The notes below the pieces were generated by a model. It was given only the letters and a program-made list of their open reading frames with translations. It searched no databases and was not told the DNA's origin. A program made the position numbers and the translations under genes. DNA of 44,875 nucleotides from a virus (taxonomy: Duplodnaviria > Caudoviricetes): positions 1 through 44,875 of IMG/VR virus record IMGVR_UViG_3300031949_000072, one strand, 5' to 3'. Below are positions 43,583 through 44,875 of the stretch, one piece after another (within the stretch, counting starts at the first letter, position 1; each line of letters opens with the position of its first letter).

Positions 43583-43970
43583 CTCGCTTCGCCTCCTCGT
43601 GCAGCGCCAGCCAGAGGAGAGCCAACGCCTCGGCGGGGTTGGCATGGGACGCTCGTTTTGTCCACGCCTCATCGGCCCGCATCGTGCAGGGCTCGGCGGC
43701 GCGACTGCGAGCCACCGCCACCCCGTCATGCCACTGCGTGAGATCAATCCACGTCCCGCTGTCGGCTGGCCGCAGCACCTCCAGCAGCTCGCTGGCGATC
43801 GGCGCGGCGAGTTGCCTGCGCGGCACCTTCGGTTCCCAGTGGACAAGGTCCCACCCGTAGGTCGGCGCGTTCTGGCGCCAGTGGAGGTAGGTGTCCTGCG
43901 GGAACCCCGCATCGCGCAGGCGCTCGCAGGTGGCGCGCGTGGGCACGTGTTGCGTCAGGTCGGTGCTCAT
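43575..43970 (-). CDS. Hypothetical phage protein
   Basis: CERLRDAGFPQ...AP..SELL..L...ANPAEALALLWLAL. Confidence 0.7.
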   Translation of the reverse strand: MSTDLTQHVPTRATCERLRDAGFPQDTYLHWRQNAPTYGWDLVHWEPKVPRRQLAAPIASELLEVLRPADSGTWIDLTQWHDGVAVARSRAAEPCTMRADEAWTKRASHANPAEALALLWLALHEEAKRDA

Positions 43971-44098
43971 GGCTTCTTCCGTGGCGCCAGCAGTAACCAC
44001 GCCATCGCGGCGAAGTTGACTGCTGCTACGAGCCATCTCTGCGCGTCGAGCATGAACAGCAAGCTTGCGAGGTTCGCTCCCGCCAGAAAATGTCTCAC
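43967..44098 (-). CDS. Small hydrophobic peptide, 43 aa (not in the ORF track)
   Basis: MRHFLAGANLASLLFMLDAQRWLVAAVNFAAMAWLLLAPRKKP; GTGA and ATGA coupled; AAGGAGG RBS. Confidence 0.6.
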   Translation of the reverse strand: MRHFLAGANLASLLFMLDAQRWLVAAVNFAAMAWLLLAPRKKP

Positions 44099-44415
44099 GG
44101 CGCCTCCTTCTCGCGGGCCTCGATCCACAGGCGGATGCTGTCGAGGGCATTCACCGCTGCGAGCCCAGCCGTCGAGTTCGGGTAGCGCAGTTCGCTGTTG
44201 CGGCCGATGCTCTCGGCAACTTCCGCCAGGATCGCCGCCCGCTCCTCGCGCGCGCCCCCGGCCCGCGCCTCAGCGAACGTCTCGGCCGCGTCCTCGACGT
44301 CATCGCGGCACTTGGCGTAGGTAGGACTCCCCGACGGCCAGCCAGAGGTCATCATCGCGCAGAACCTACAGTGACTTTCTCTGGCGCGTTCCAGGTCCTT
44401 CTCGGTGGGTTTCAC
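44095..44415 (-). CDS. Hypothetical protein
   Basis: Coupled to both neighbours. Confidence 0.6.
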   Translation of the reverse strand: MKPTEKDLERARESHCRFCAMMTSGWPSGSPTYAKCRDDVEDAAETFAEARAGGAREERAAILAEVAESIGRNSELRYPNSTAGLAAVNALDSIRLWIEAREKEAP

Positions 44416-44461
44416 TTCTTGGCCTCTCTCTGTCGTGCTCGACGAATACGTTGAAGTTCAG

Positions 44462-44686
44462 TCACTTCGGGCATGTGTAGTCACACTCCTCGCCCGGCCA
44501 GTGGTGGCCGGCGTGCGGCGGGTCTGCATACCCATCGCAGTCCCGGTCGCAGAGGGAGGCGGCCATGGGCAGCGGCGCCGACCGGCCCCACGGCTTTTTG
44601 CGCTTGCCGCAGACGACGCACTCGACCGTCGCCCAGCATACCGGGGTGCAGGCAGATTCCGCGCGGTCCCGCTCATTCGGGGGCAT
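44462..44686 (-). CDS. Cys-rich hypothetical protein
   Basis: ATG 44686 with GGAGG; CVVC..KKPWGRSAP...LCDRDCDGY...GHHWPGE. Confidence 0.65.
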   Translation of the reverse strand: MPPNERDRAESACTPVCWATVECVVCGKRKKPWGRSAPLPMAASLCDRDCDGYADPPHAGHHWPGEECDYTCPK

Positions 44687-44875
44687 CGCGCGCACCTCCA
44701 AGCGGCTGCGGGTCGCGCAGGTCTCCATGCACCGGCCGGACGCCAGATTCCTCGGCACACTCGCGACAGTCCATGCAGTCGTCGAAGTGCGCTAGCGCCT
44801 GCTGCGCGACCGCGAGCTGCGCCTCCAGCTCGACGATGCGTGCGGCCTGCCGCTGCACGAGCGTCGGCGTCACGC
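44673..44875 (-). CDS. 3' part of the junction-spanning hypothetical protein (starts at 197)
   Basis: See feature 1..197. Confidence 0.7.
   Translation of the reverse strand, partial: VTPTLVQRQAARIVELEAQLAVAQQALAHFDDCMDCRECAEESGVRPVHGDLRDPQPLGGARDAPE
44749..44875. repeat. Terminal direct repeat, copy 2
   Basis: Identical to 1-127. Confidence 0.93.

Overview
The window is an apparently complete, circularly assembled, high-GC tailed-phage genome (siphovirus-like, HK97-type head). Bases 1-127 are repeated exactly at 44749-44875, so the unit length is about 44,748 bp. Two near-identical divergent sigma70-like promoters at 3753-3907 split transcription. To the right lies a short operon: an SNF2 helicase, an SNF2-helicase/DNA-methyltransferase fusion and two small genes. 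To the left, a long run wraps through the junction: small Cys-rich genes, an XRE HTH, an AAA_24/Sak4-like ATPase, a DUF6948-like plus (Gly-X)28 pair, a Mor-like HTH, an M15 peptidase, an HNH, a DUF559-like nuclease and a DnaB_N-AAA_25 helicase. Next comes an iteron/IHF-site-rich putative origin (37.2-37.6 kb). The late region follows on the minus strand: terS, terL, an accessory island (atypical tRNA-CAT, a secreted cohesin-like protein with a host-type C-terminal TWGxxK motif, a glycoside-hydrolase-like protein), portal-MuF fusion, protease, capsid, neck genes, two tandem tail-tube paralogues, chaperones, a 1970-aa tape measure with a ~950-aa Pro/Val/Ala repeat insert, tail-tip genes and holin-like genes. 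I recognised no integrase, DNA polymerase, primase, reverse transcriptase or CRISPR array. All family assignments come from motif recognition by eye, not from database searches.
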